NCBI GenBank assembly: GCA_942492765.1
Contig: OW818634.1
Location: forward strand, 729,159-793,158
Direction of reading: 5' to 3'
Source of the DNA: an uncultured bacterium
GTDB lineage: Bacteria; Patescibacteriota; Patescibacteriia; Patescibacteriales; UBA12465
Length of the DNA stretch: 64,000 nucleotides
Part shown: one piece after another, positions 1 through 9,874 of the stretch
Layout: the number at the start of each line of letters is the position of its first letter
Position numbering within the stretch: the stretch's first letter is position 1
Notes under the pieces: generated by a model
Database searches by the model: none
Seen by the model: the letters and a program-made list of their open reading frames with translations, nothing else
What the model was told of the DNA's origin: nothing
Translations under genes and position numbers: made by a program

Positions 1-153
1 ACCAATACCGGCTTCGGCTGCCTAGAAGATTGCGACGTTTGTACTATTAGTGGTTGCGCGTTGTATGACGGCAAGCCGGGGAAATGTACCCCGCCTTGCA
101 TATGGGACCAAATAACTAGTAGGTGCAATGGTTATGAATATCCTATAGAATAA
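1..153 (+). CDS. 3' end of a CDS cut by the window edge; Cys-rich C-terminal tail
   Basis: Frame 1 is open from base 1 to TAA at 151-153 (TNTGFGCLEDCDVCTISGCALYDGKPGKCTPPCIWDQITSRCNGYEYPIE). It has 7 Cys. No family recognised. Confidence 0.3.
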   Translation, partial: TNTGFGCLEDCDVCTISGCALYDGKPGKCTPPCIWDQITSRCNGYEYPIE

Positions 154-193
154 TTAGGTCTGATTTTTGAGCGTCAATTAAATTAGAACCAAT

Positions 194-529
194 ATGTTAA
201 AGAATAAAAAGAATATTATTATTGCCGGCCTAGCCATCGTCATCCTGATTGCGGCGCTCGTCTTAGCGCTAATAAATCGCCAGCGAGCCGGAACGAGCGA
301 TCAGGCCAAGAACCAGCCGGCTAATACTGTCTTGTCAGCTCCGGAGTTTATGACCGCGCAAGAGAAGGCTTATCTTAATATGAGCGATAATGTCAGGGCT
401 CAGGTATTGAGCCGCAATGCTAGCGGCGCTCCAGCCGTCTATAAAGTCATTAAGACCGAAGCTGATATAATTGCCGATCCTTCTAAGATAGAACCGATCA
501 GTCCGCGTCTCGTAGAAGCGGCAAAATAA
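194..529 (+). CDS. Hypothetical protein with N-terminal membrane anchor
   Basis: 111-aa ORF. The N-terminal hydrophobic helix IIIAGLAIVILIAALVLALI follows a KNKKN stretch. No recognisable domain. Confidence 0.5.
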   Translation: MLKNKKNIIIAGLAIVILIAALVLALINRQRAGTSDQAKNQPANTVLSAPEFMTAQEKAYLNMSDNVRAQVLSRNASGAPAVYKVIKTEADIIADPSKIEPISPRLVEAAK

Positions 530-587
530 AATTGGCAAATGACGGAATTTCCGTTATAATGAAGATAATAATAATTTAGCAGCCCAT

Positions 588-1346
588 ATGTTCAACGATC
601 TAAACAACCCTAATAATCAAAATCGCCAAGCAGTCGACGATATCTTCGCAGAGACCGATAAGACTCAGGAAAGCGCGCCGGCATCCGGCTCAGCTGCTCC
701 GAGACCGGTCGGCGGCGCGGAAATAGACACCCAGAGGATAGGCTTGGCGGCTACCGATGAATTATCTGAAAGCGCTCCGGAGAAAAAGAGTCAGGATAAG
801 CTTTTCAAGATCATTATCGCGATTATTGCCGTGGCCGTATTAGGCTTGGGCGGCTATTTGGTTTATAGCAAATTTTTTAATGCTCCGGTCGATACCACTC
901 CTGTCGCTACTACGACCAAGAAAACAAACACGCCTCAGGCGACAACCTCAACGGCTAACACGGCCGGATCTTTCGTGGAAACCGCTGGCACTGCTACGAC
1001 GACAGAATCTACGACTACGCCTATCATCCCGGGAGTGAATGCGCCGGCGACGACTACCGAAATGGTCGCGACTACCACTCCGCCTTTAGTCGATTCTGAT
1101 AGCGACGGCCTGACCGATGCTGAAGAAAAAATCGCCGGTACCAATATCAATATCATCGATACGGATAATGACGGCTTGAGCGATTATGAAGAAGTGAAGA
1201 TCTATAAGACTAATCCGCTCAGCGCCGATACGGACGGAGATAGCTATCTGGATGGAGCTGAAGTCAAGAGCGGGTATAACCCTAACGGCACTGGCAAGCT
1301 TTCCGATGCCGCTTCTGCCGCTAAAGCCGCCCCGACAATCAAATAA
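588..1346 (+). CDS. Membrane-anchored surface protein with Thr-rich linker and thrombospondin type-3-like Ca-binding repeats
   Basis: One TM helix (IIIAIIAVAVLGLGGYLVY) and a T/A-rich low-complexity linker. Three DxDxDGxxDxxE-type repeats follow (DSDSDGLTDAEE, DTDNDGLSDYEE, DTDGDSYLDGAE). Confidence 0.6.
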   Translation: MFNDLNNPNNQNRQAVDDIFAETDKTQESAPASGSAAPRPVGGAEIDTQRIGLAATDELSESAPEKKSQDKLFKIIIAIIAVAVLGLGGYLVYSKFFNAPVDTTPVATTTKKTNTPQATTSTANTAGSFVETAGTATTTESTTTPIIPGVNAPATTTEMVATTTPPLVDSDSDGLTDAEEKIAGTNINIIDTDNDGLSDYEEVKIYKTNPLSADTDGDSYLDGAEVKSGYNPNGTGKLSDAASAAKAAPTIK

Positions 1347-1572
1347 ATCTAATTATGATAACCGGAAATCTGAAGAATTCGCCGCGTCCGCGGACTAGCG
1401 CTTTTATCGGTTCCCGGAATTTTCCTCGGGTATCTTTAAGCCTGCATACCATGCCGCAGACTTCTGACAGCCATTTTAAGAAATGGCTCTTTTTAGGACT
1501 GCTGATTGTCGGGCTGATGATACTCTCCGCTATCTTGTTATTCTGGAAATAAGGAGCGTTCTCATTTAATTT

Positions 1573-2604
1573 ATGCTATTTGGCAAGAAAAAAGAACAGA
1601 AGATAGAAGCGCCTGAGCCGGAGAATATGCCCTCTAGCCAGGATCTTATCGTTCATAATATGCCGAGCCCGTCTAGGCTTAGCGGCAGTTTTTCTGGTTC
1701 TCAGAGATCTGGAGCTAGCAGCTTCGGTTTGCCGGCGACTCCGCAGAAACAGAATTTCAAGGCGGTCGGCTTCTTGATTATCGGCGGCGGCCTCATTTTC
1801 ATCGGCGTCCTGATATATCTCAGTTATCATTTCATTATTTCTCCTACTGCCGGGAAGAACGCGCCCGTTACGCCCGCCGCGAGTGAACAGAAAAAAACAG
1901 CTACAACTGCTCCGGCTATCGTCTCTGCATCCGTCCCGACTTCGACTCCGGTTATCGTAGCGACTTCGACTCCGGTTGAGATGGCGACTTCGACCAGCGC
2001 GACCAGCACGCTCATGAATGAAGAGTTGAGCGGGCAAGATGGCAGCAATCTGCCGCCGCTATTAGATGGCGATAGCGATGGGTTAATTGATGATGAGGAA
2101 GCCTTATTAGGAACGTCAGCCACGTCTGCCGATTCCGATGGCGACAAATATAGCGATTCGGCTGAATTGACTAAGGGGTATGATCCGGCCGGTCCGAAAA
2201 AGATAGCGGATAATCCTAATCTGGCTGTCTATAGCAATAAGACTTTTAATTACAGCATCATTTATCCGAAGTCTTGGGCGGCAAAAGCATTAGCCGAAGA
2301 CGCGACGGTCGTCTTCGTGGCGTCGGAGGATTCTTTGATTCAGATTTCGGTTCAAGATAATCCTGACAAGGCCGGCATCTTGGGCTGGTACGAAAGCTCC
2401 TTCCCGGAAACCACCGCTACTTATGATCAACTATTGAGCGCGGATGGCTGGGACGGGATAATGGGAACAGACGGACTTAATTTTTATCTGACTGATTCCG
2501 CTCACAAGAATATCTATGTAATCTCTTATATTCCGGCTGTCTCTGGGCGCCTGGTTTATCCTAATATCTTCAAGCTGATGATAAATTCACTAGTTATCAA
2601 ATAA
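1573..2604 (+). CDS. Membrane-anchored surface protein with TSP3-like repeats and a C-terminal globular domain
   Basis: TM helix (VGFLIIGGGLIFIGVLIYLSY) and an ST-rich linker. Repeats DGDSDGLIDDEE and DSDGDKYSDSAE. Same architecture as the upstream gene. Confidence 0.6.
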   Translation: MLFGKKKEQKIEAPEPENMPSSQDLIVHNMPSPSRLSGSFSGSQRSGASSFGLPATPQKQNFKAVGFLIIGGGLIFIGVLIYLSYHFIISPTAGKNAPVTPAASEQKKTATTAPAIVSASVPTSTPVIVATSTPVEMATSTSATSTLMNEELSGQDGSNLPPLLDGDSDGLIDDEEALLGTSATSADSDGDKYSDSAELTKGYDPAGPKKIADNPNLAVYSNKTFNYSIIYPKSWAAKALAEDATVVFVASEDSLIQISVQDNPDKAGILGWYESSFPETTATYDQLLSADGWDGIMGTDGLNFYLTDSAHKNIYVISYIPAVSGRLVYPNIFKLMINSLVIK

Positions 2605-2638
2605 TTTTTCATATAAGACTCGATCGCGTATAATACAA

Positions 2639-2664
2639 AATCCCCGGCTATCAGGCCGGGGATT
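2639..2664. terminator. Bidirectional rho-independent terminator between convergent genes
   Basis: Perfect 10-bp stem AATCCCCGGC / GCCGGGGATT with a 6-nt loop. A/T runs lie on both sides. Confidence 0.75.
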
Positions 2665-2680
2665 CTTATTTTACGGTATA

Positions 2681-3265
2681 TTATTTGTTTCTGCCGATAA
2701 CCTTATCGATGAGGCCATATTTCATGGCTTCGTCGGCGCTCATGAAATTATCGCGGTCGCTGTCAGTCTCGACCGTCGCTACTTTCTGGCCGGTATGCTG
2801 AGCGAGAATCTTATTCATCTTGTCCTTTATCTTCAATATATGTTCCGCTCTAATCTTGATGTCCGAGGCTTGGCCTTCGGCTCCGCCCATGACTTGATGG
2901 ATCATGACTTCGCTGTTAGGCAGGGCGAATCTCTTGCCCGGTTTGCCGGCGGCCAAAAGGACTGAAGCCATGGAGGCGGCTAAGCCGACGCAGATAGTCG
3001 AGACGTCTGATTTGATATATTGCATGGTATCATAGATAGCCAGCCCGGCGCTGACCGATCCGCCTGGGGAGTTGATATAGAACTTGATATCCGCGTCTTT
3101 ATTCTCAGCATCGAGGAATAAGAGCTGGGCAATGACGATATTGGCGACGTGGTCGTCTATAGCTTCGCCCAAGAAGATTATCCGATCTTTCAAGAGGCGG
3201 GAGTAGATATCATAAGCCCTTTCAGTCTGGCCGTCTTTCTCAATAACTGTGGGTATTAATGGCAT
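2681..3265 (-). CDS. clpP: ATP-dependent Clp protease proteolytic subunit
   Basis: 194 aa. Typical ClpP sequence ([34 protein letters not shown]) with the Ser-His-Asp context. Confidence 0.95.
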   Translation of the reverse strand: MPLIPTVIEKDGQTERAYDIYSRLLKDRIIFLGEAIDDHVANIVIAQLLFLDAENKDADIKFYINSPGGSVSAGLAIYDTMQYIKSDVSTICVGLAASMASVLLAAGKPGKRFALPNSEVMIHQVMGGAEGQASDIKIRAEHILKIKDKMNKILAQHTGQKVATVETDSDRDNFMSADEAMKYGLIDKVIGRNK

Positions 3266-3401
3266 ATTCTTTAAATCTAGTTAATTAATGGTAAAATAAA
3301 TTATAAATAAAAAATGGGTTTTTGTAAAGCCCATCCCAGCTTGATTTTTTATTCTACCTATTCTAAGATAGAACCAGTTTAAGCTAATATAAAATAAGTA
3401 T

Positions 3402-4955
3402 ATGTCACTTATCCAAAAATTCTCAAAATTGTCGGTTCGGGCTAGGGCTTGGTGGGTTTTAGCGGTTATTTTCGTCTTCGCGATTGCGGTCGGGTTGACG
3501 GCCGGAGGCCATGTTTACAATAATTGGTCCAAGAATTTGGCCATCAAGACCAATGATATCGTAGTCTTGCCGGTAATCAGGGAATTGCCCTATAATCTGG
3601 GCCTTGATTTGCAGGGCGGAGCTCATTTGGTCTATTCGGCCGATGTCTCCACTATCGCCGCCGCTGACAGGGCTGATGCCATGGAATCTGTCCGCGATGT
3701 CATCGAACGCCGCGTCAACGCCTTCGGCGTCAGCGAGCCGCTCGTTCAGGTCAATAAGAGCGCAACTGGCGAATACCGCATTATCGCAGAATTGGCCGGC
3801 ATCAAGGATATCAAGGAAGCTATCAAGACTATTGGCGATACCCCTATTTTGGAATTCAAGGAACAGGGAGACGATATCCAAGCAGTCAATGTCGGCACAT
3901 CTTCGGCCGCTACTGTTGATTTGAATAATAATTGGAAGAATACCGAATTGACCGGAAAATATCTGAAGAGATCGTCTGTCCAGTTCAATCCTAATGACGG
4001 CTCTCCTGAAGTCTCTTTGGAATTTAATGCTGAGGGAGCGAAATTATTCGAAGAGATCACGGCTCGCAACGTCGGCAAACCAGTAGCTATCTTCTTAGAC
4101 GGCTATCCAATCAGCGTTCCGAATGTCAACGAGAAGATTACTGGCGGACAGGCCTCTATTTCTGGCCGTTTCAATGTTGAAGAAGCTAAATTATTAGTGA
4201 AGAGACTTAATTCTGGCGCTTTACCAGTGCCGATTACCTTGATTTCTCAGAAGACTGTCGAAGCCAGCTTAGGTTCGAAGTCTATCGATAATAGCATGAT
4301 GGCCGGTTTAGTCGGTTTGTTGCTGGTTTCTATCTTCATGATCCTGTATTATCGCTTGCCTGGCTTATTATCTGTCTTGTCATTATTGGTTTACGGCCTG
4401 ACCGTCCTGGCTATCTTCAAAGCTTTGCCTATCTGGCTGGCCTTGGCTTTAGTCATCGTCATGATCGGTTTAGTCTTCTATACTTTCAGCGAGCTGAAGA
4501 TATTCAACGGTACGCTCGCCTTCATGTTCATCGTTATCGGCTTATTATTATTCTTCTATGCCTTGAGGCCGATTACCTTATCGTTATCGGGTGTCGCCGG
4601 CTTCATCCTTTCCATCGGTATCGCCGTCGATGCGAATATCTTGATCTTCTCCCGCACCCGCGAAGAGCTTAAGGCTGGAAAATCTGTCCGCCAAGCGGTC
4701 GAAGACGGCTTTAAGCGCGCCTGGCCGTCTATCCGCGACGGCAATGTCTCCATCATTATTACATGCTTGATACTCATGTTCTTCGGAACTTCCGCGGTCC
4801 AGGGCTTTGGCACGACTTTGTTCATCGGCACCGCTATTTCCTTATTCAGCGCCATCGTCATCACTCATACCTTATTCGTGGTTATCCTTGGCGATTGGAT
4901 GGAGAAACGGACTTGGCTCTTGGGAGCCCGTCGTTCGGCCACAGAGAATAAATAA
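3402..4955 (+). CDS. secD: Protein translocase subunit SecD
   Basis: 517 aa. N-terminal TM, large periplasmic domain (LGLDLQGG) and a C-terminal 5-TM bundle. Directly upstream of secF. Confidence 0.9.
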   Translation: MSLIQKFSKLSVRARAWWVLAVIFVFAIAVGLTAGGHVYNNWSKNLAIKTNDIVVLPVIRELPYNLGLDLQGGAHLVYSADVSTIAAADRADAMESVRDVIERRVNAFGVSEPLVQVNKSATGEYRIIAELAGIKDIKEAIKTIGDTPILEFKEQGDDIQAVNVGTSSAATVDLNNNWKNTELTGKYLKRSSVQFNPNDGSPEVSLEFNAEGAKLFEEITARNVGKPVAIFLDGYPISVPNVNEKITGGQASISGRFNVEEAKLLVKRLNSGALPVPITLISQKTVEASLGSKSIDNSMMAGLVGLLLVSIFMILYYRLPGLLSVLSLLVYGLTVLAIFKALPIWLALALVIVMIGLVFYTFSELKIFNGTLAFMFIVIGLLLFFYALRPITLSLSGVAGFILSIGIAVDANILIFSRTREELKAGKSVRQAVEDGFKRAWPSIRDGNVSIIITCLILMFFGTSAVQGFGTTLFIGTAISLFSAIVITHTLFVVILGDWMEKRTWLLGARRSATENK

Positions 4956-4967
4956 TAATTTAAACAT

Positions 4968-5876
4968 ATGATTTATAGAATAATCCAAAAAAGAAAATTC
5001 TTCCTGACTTTCTCTACCTTGGCAGTCATCGGCTCAATCTTGGCCTTGTTTTTCTGGGGCCTGAACTTCGGAGTTGATTTTACCGGCGGCAGTTTGCTGG
5101 AGGTCGGTTTTCAGAACTATCAGCCGACTGTGACCGAAATTCAAGACAGCCTTAAAGGCCTGGATATCCATGGATTAGTCGTCCAGCCGACCAATGACTC
5201 TGTCATCCTGCGCTTCAAGGAGAGCACTGAAGAGGCTCATCAAGCCGTCTTGACCAAGCTCCAGGATTTAGCCGCTTCCAAGAAAGAAGCGTCAGTCCAG
5301 GAATTACAGTTCGATGCGGTCGGTTCTAGCGTCGGCCAGGAACTTAAGAGCAAATCGTTCAATGCCATCGCCATCGTCTTCGTCATGATCATCATCTATA
5401 TCTCCTGGGCCTTCAAGAAGGTTTCCAAACCGGTAGCTTCTTGGAAATACGGCGTCGCCGCGATCATCGCTTTGATTCATGATATCTTATTCATCCTCGG
5501 CGTCTTTTCCGTTCTCGGCCATTTCTATGGGGTCGAAATCAATACCCCGTTCATCGCCGCCGTCTTGACCGTTCTTGGCTATAGCGTCAGCGATACTATC
5601 ATCGTTTTCGACCGTATCCGCGAGAACCTGCCTAAGAGCCAGGATGATTTTGAAAATACCATTAATCGCAGCGTCAATCAGACCATCACTCGTTCCATTA
5701 ATACCTCGGTTTCTTCCACTTTAGCGTTGATCGCCATCTTATTCTTCGGCGGCGATACTATTAAGGATTTTGCTTTGGCGCTTATCGTCGGCATCTTCGT
5801 CGGCACTTATAGCTCCATCTTCATTGCCAGCCCGGTCCTAGTCGTTTGGGACAATCTGACTCGTGGCAAAAAATAA
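4968..5876 (+). CDS. secF: Protein translocase subunit SecF
   Basis: 302 aa. Contains GLNFGVDFTGGS and GYSVSDTIIVFDRIREN motifs typical of SecF. Confidence 0.9.
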   Translation: MIYRIIQKRKFFLTFSTLAVIGSILALFFWGLNFGVDFTGGSLLEVGFQNYQPTVTEIQDSLKGLDIHGLVVQPTNDSVILRFKESTEEAHQAVLTKLQDLAASKKEASVQELQFDAVGSSVGQELKSKSFNAIAIVFVMIIIYISWAFKKVSKPVASWKYGVAAIIALIHDILFILGVFSVLGHFYGVEINTPFIAAVLTVLGYSVSDTIIVFDRIRENLPKSQDDFENTINRSVNQTITRSINTSVSSTLALIAILFFGGDTIKDFALALIVGIFVGTYSSIFIASPVLVVWDNLTRGKK

Positions 5877-5960
5877 TTGAATATTACGGAAATTTTAGAA
5901 AGATTCGCCTTGGCGGCTAGCTGATGGCGGATCTTTTTTTATTTGATATACTATTAGTGT

Positions 5961-8315
5961 ATGAAATTGAAGCTTAATCTCAAATTTTCTAAGAGCTTAT
6001 CCGCTGATTCTGCGAGAGAAGTGCTCGATCTGCTGATCGAAGCCTCTTATCTAGCAGCGATTTTCTTGGTACCCCTATGGTTCGCCTATTTTTTTCCGAC
6101 CTATAATATCTTTGAATTCAATAAGCTTATCGTCTTTAAGATACTAGTCTGGCTCTTATTCCTGTTTACTTCCTTGAAGATAATTTTCTTCTATTCTCAT
6201 TTCCGCTTTCCTCTCCGCGCCTTTTTTAAAAAATATTGGGTTTGGCCCGCGGTTTTTATCGCCGGGCTGAGCTCTACTCTCTTTTTTTCTGATAATCCGT
6301 TGCTAAGCTTTTATGGGACCATCGAGAGACAGGGCGGTCTAGTATCTTATTTATACTATTTTTTCTGGTTCATCCTGTTAAGCTTTAATCTCTTGACTGT
6401 CGATAACCATCGGCCGCGAGAAGCTGATAGCAAGGGAAAGAAAACTAGGCGGGCAGCCGCCGCAGCTGTCATTTCCGCCGCGCTCGTCTCGGCTTATGGA
6501 ATACTTCAGATCTTAAATATCGATTTTATCAGCTGGCCCGAAGCCCCCTTTCTGACTAACCGAGCCCTGTCCACTTTCGGGCAGCCGAATTTTCTAGCTT
6601 CATGGCTATTGCTGATCATTCCCCTGAGCCTATATTTAGGTTATAGTTCCCGCCGCTTCTTAGTTAGATCTTTTTATTTCCTGGCTGCCGCCATGGAGGT
6701 AATCTGCCTGGCTATGACTGGTAGTCGGGGCGGCCTCTTAGCCTTGTTTTTTGTCGGCGGCCTCTATTTGGTCTATCTGTTCTTTACGGCCGCTTGGCCG
6801 CGTCGACGGAAGTTTTTCATTGGAATATCGTTTGTTCTAATATCCGTTGTTTCTTTATTAGCGGTCAATAAGATTTGGCCAGCGCGTATTAGCGATATCT
6901 TTGATTATAAGTCAGGCAGCGTGGGCGCGCGTGCTAATTTTTATTCAGCGGCCGCCGATGCGGTCAAAGGAAAACCCTTATTCGGCTACGGCTTAGAGGG
7001 AGGCAATGATATATTCATCAAATATTATGAACGAGATTGGGCAGTCTATGGCGACGTCGGCCAATCAGCCGACAGAGCGCACAATATTGTTTTCGATATT
7101 CTTTTAAGCGTCGGGTCTTATGGCTTGATACTTTTTCTGATCCTTTATTATTTCTTCTTTTCGTTAGCCAAGGATAATATAAAGAGGAAGAATGATCTCT
7201 TTTCCTTAGCATTGGTATTAGGCGCAACTGCTTATCTTTTTTCTCTCCTTTTCAGCTTTGCTATTGTTGCCGGAGAAGCTTATTTCTGGTTTTTCTTAGC
7301 GCTCTTAGCAGTCATTAATCATGAAGCGGACGAAACTGCGGGCAAGAAGAGCTGGTTGAACCTGTTCGTTAGATTATTCAGGCGTGACAGGATAAAAATC
7401 GTGGCAAGGATTCTGATAGCCGCAATTTTTTTAGCCCTGTCTTGCTGGCAGATCTCAAGAGCTTTTCGGTCTTTGGCGGCTGACTATTATTTCAATAAGA
7501 TTTATTTTATACTCGCCCAGCCGGATTATTTTACTGCCCTGACTCTTGATAGTTATTTGAAAGAACAGCAAGCTAACCCCATCAATCAGGCGTCTTATGA
7601 TTATTTTTGGGGCGAAAAGCTGAGTGAATTTTATCCGACTATCGACGAATTAGCCGTTAAGAAAGTCGTGGCGGAGAAGATGCGGGAAGTCGAAGCATCG
7701 CTGCCGGCTAAAGGCTATAAGAATCTGTTAGTTAAAGCTAAGATAAATAATGCTCTAGGAGCTTATACGTTAGCGCAGATTTATCTGGACAAGGTGATAG
7801 AGATAGCGCCTCATTGGCCGCTTGTCTATCTGGAAAGGGGCAAAGCTTCTCTTAACCAGAAAGATTTTAAGAGAGCACTGGTTGCTTATAATTTGGCTTT
7901 GGTAAATTTGCCGGCGACAGATGACAGCCGCCTTAATGATCCGCACCGCGAATTGATTCGACGTTACCAGTATTTCATTTATAGCAATATCGGGGCGATA
8001 TATGAGCAGGATAAAAATTACGCCGCCGCTGAAAAATATTTTAAGTTAGCGTATCAAAGCGATCCCTCCGACTTCGTCTTGCTAAAGAGGATGGCGGATA
8101 TGGAATATCGGCAGGGAAATATCGGGAAGGCAATAGGATATACGGAACATGGATTAGCTCGCAACCCGTCTGATTATAAATGGGAAGTCGCTTTAGCGTC
8201 TTTATATTATGAAAGCGGTGATAAGAAAAGCGCCGCCAGTCATATAGAAAAAGCCTTGTTGCTAGCTCCAGATGAACAAGAGATTATAGAATTGGAGAAA
8301 TCTTATAGGAAATAA
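5961..8315 (+). CDS. O-antigen ligase/polymerase-like (Wzy_C-type) polytopic membrane protein fused to C-terminal TPR repeats
   Basis: 784 aa with many TM helices. Has GSRGG and a RAHN..FDILLSVG motif as in O-antigen ligase family proteins. The C-terminal third has TPR-like A/Y/L periodicity. Confidence 0.7.
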   Translation: MKLKLNLKFSKSLSADSAREVLDLLIEASYLAAIFLVPLWFAYFFPTYNIFEFNKLIVFKILVWLLFLFTSLKIIFFYSHFRFPLRAFFKKYWVWPAVFIAGLSSTLFFSDNPLLSFYGTIERQGGLVSYLYYFFWFILLSFNLLTVDNHRPREADSKGKKTRRAAAAAVISAALVSAYGILQILNIDFISWPEAPFLTNRALSTFGQPNFLASWLLLIIPLSLYLGYSSRRFLVRSFYFLAAAMEVICLAMTGSRGGLLALFFVGGLYLVYLFFTAAWPRRRKFFIGISFVLISVVSLLAVNKIWPARISDIFDYKSGSVGARANFYSAAADAVKGKPLFGYGLEGGNDIFIKYYERDWAVYGDVGQSADRAHNIVFDILLSVGSYGLILFLILYYFFFSLAKDNIKRKNDLFSLALVLGATAYLFSLLFSFAIVAGEAYFWFFLALLAVINHEADETAGKKSWLNLFVRLFRRDRIKIVARILIAAIFLALSCWQISRAFRSLAADYYFNKIYFILAQPDYFTALTLDSYLKEQQANPINQASYDYFWGEKLSEFYPTIDELAVKKVVAEKMREVEASLPAKGYKNLLVKAKINNALGAYTLAQIYLDKVIEIAPHWPLVYLERGKASLNQKDFKRALVAYNLALVNLPATDDSRLNDPHRELIRRYQYFIYSNIGAIYEQDKNYAAAEKYFKLAYQSDPSDFVLLKRMADMEYRQGNIGKAIGYTEHGLARNPSDYKWEVALASLYYESGDKKSAASHIEKALLLAPDEQEIIELEKSYRK

Positions 8316-8319
8316 AGGT

Positions 8320-9102
8320 ATGGTGATTTCCGCTTGCCTAGTAGTTTATAATGAAGAGAAAAATATCCGGCGCTGTCTGGATAGCCTTCGTGGCGCGGTC
8401 GATGAGATTATCGTCGTTCATGACGGTGAATGCCGGGATAAGACCCTGGAAATATGCCGTGAATACGGAGCTAAGATTTTTGTGCAGCCGCATATTGGCA
8501 TGATGGAGGCTTATTTAGTGTTTGCGATTGAGCAGACTCAGGGGCAATGGGTCATGAGAATCGATGCTGACGAGTTTTTATCAGATGAGCTGAAAAGCGG
8601 TTTAAGGGGATTGATTGAGAGGGCCGAGGCTGAAGGCATAAGCGCATATTCCTTCTGTTGGCTCAATAGTGCCGGCAAAGGTCAGGAGCGGAAAACGATT
8701 CTTTTTAAGAAAGCCGACCTGTTTTGGTTTTCTATGCCCCATCTTTCTTGGCAGACGAGGGGGCGTTTGGAAGAATCTAAATTTGTTCTAGGCCATATGC
8801 TTAAAGATTATGCCGCCGCCGCTTATTGGAATAAACAGAAGAAATGGGCGAAAATTCAAGCCGAATATATTTTAAAAGATTTCAAGGAATTAGATAATTT
8901 TCAGGCCGAAGAAGCTGACTGGGCAAAAGTATATAGCTTTTCTCGCCGCTATGCTAAATATCCGTTTTTGCCAGTTATAAAATTTTTAAAATCTTTTTGT
9001 GAAAATATAGTTGATGGAGCTGGCATGGGAGAGGCCTGGCGTCAAGGTTTATATAATTTTTATCTAGGAAAATATTTGCATGATCTCGTTTATCATCGTT
9101 AA
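8320..9102 (+). CDS. Glycosyltransferase family 2
   Basis: The N-terminus ISACLVVYNEEKNIRRCLDSL...DEIIVVHDG...RIDADE is a typical GT2 (GT-A) DxD arrangement. Confidence 0.75.
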   Translation: MVISACLVVYNEEKNIRRCLDSLRGAVDEIIVVHDGECRDKTLEICREYGAKIFVQPHIGMMEAYLVFAIEQTQGQWVMRIDADEFLSDELKSGLRGLIERAEAEGISAYSFCWLNSAGKGQERKTILFKKADLFWFSMPHLSWQTRGRLEESKFVLGHMLKDYAAAAYWNKQKKWAKIQAEYILKDFKELDNFQAEEADWAKVYSFSRRYAKYPFLPVIKFLKSFCENIVDGAGMGEAWRQGLYNFYLGKYLHDLVYHR

Positions 9103-9871
9103 TTTCAATACAGCTGAAATCACTAAGGATTGCATATCCTCTCTTTTGTTGAACGCTTCTGATAAGGATAGAGAGATAATTATTGTCGATAATGCTTCTA
9201 GTGATGATAGCTTGGCTATCTTTAATGCTACTTTCGGCGGCAGGATAAAGCTGATACGCAACCATGATAATCTCGGTTTCGCTGCTGCTAACAATATCGG
9301 CGCGCGCGTAGCTAAAGGGGATATTCTTTTTTTCTTGAATAGCGATACTATTATCGGATCGGATATCATCGGTCCTATAATCAAGGCTTTGGATAATCAG
9401 AAGCTGGGCATCGTCGCGCCAGTATTGCTTATGGTAGATGGCCAGAAACAGCCTTTTGCCTGCGGCCGTTTTCCGAGATTGTTTTCTGTCGTTTCTGATA
9501 AGATATTATCATTCAATCGCTTTCGGACAGCTGGTCAGCTTAAGCTAGTCGATTGGGTTAGCGGTGCGGCTTTAGCTATCAGGAGAGAGGTCTTTGAAAG
9601 AATCGGCGGCTGGGACGAAAGATTTTTTCTGTATTTCGAAGACATTGATCTCTGTTGGCGAGTGAGGCAGCAGAATCTTGAGGTGGCTATCTTAGAAAAT
9701 ATTTCTGTGACTCATCTTGGCGGCCGCAGCTTAGCGCAGGGCCGAGAGAGAAAGAAGCAGTACTACCTCGCCCAAGATTATTTTTTTAGAAAGAATCATG
9801 GAAAGATGCCCGCTAATATTTTGAAGATAATGCGTTGGCCCTATATAATGATAAAAACCTTAATTCGATAA
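9080..9871 (+). CDS. Glycosyltransferase family 2
   Basis: ISFIIVNFNTAE...IIVDNASSDDS...NLGFAAANNIG...FLNSDT...FFLYFEDIDLCWR is a canonical GT2 pattern. Overlaps the upstream GT2 gene by 23 nt. Confidence 0.8.
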   Translation: MISFIIVNFNTAEITKDCISSLLLNASDKDREIIIVDNASSDDSLAIFNATFGGRIKLIRNHDNLGFAAANNIGARVAKGDILFFLNSDTIIGSDIIGPIIKALDNQKLGIVAPVLLMVDGQKQPFACGRFPRLFSVVSDKILSFNRFRTAGQLKLVDWVSGAALAIRREVFERIGGWDERFFLYFEDIDLCWRVRQQNLEVAILENISVTHLGGRSLAQGRERKKQYYLAQDYFFRKNHGKMPANILKIMRWPYIMIKTLIR

Positions 9872-9874
9872 TCT

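Noticed and set aside
1355-1552. 65-aa ORF between the two TSP3-repeat genes
   Set aside because: The N-terminal half is Arg/Pro/Ser-rich and unconvincing. A shorter version from the internal Met (MPQTSDSHFKKWLFLGLLIVGLMILSAILLFWK) could be a real small membrane protein, but there is no independent support.
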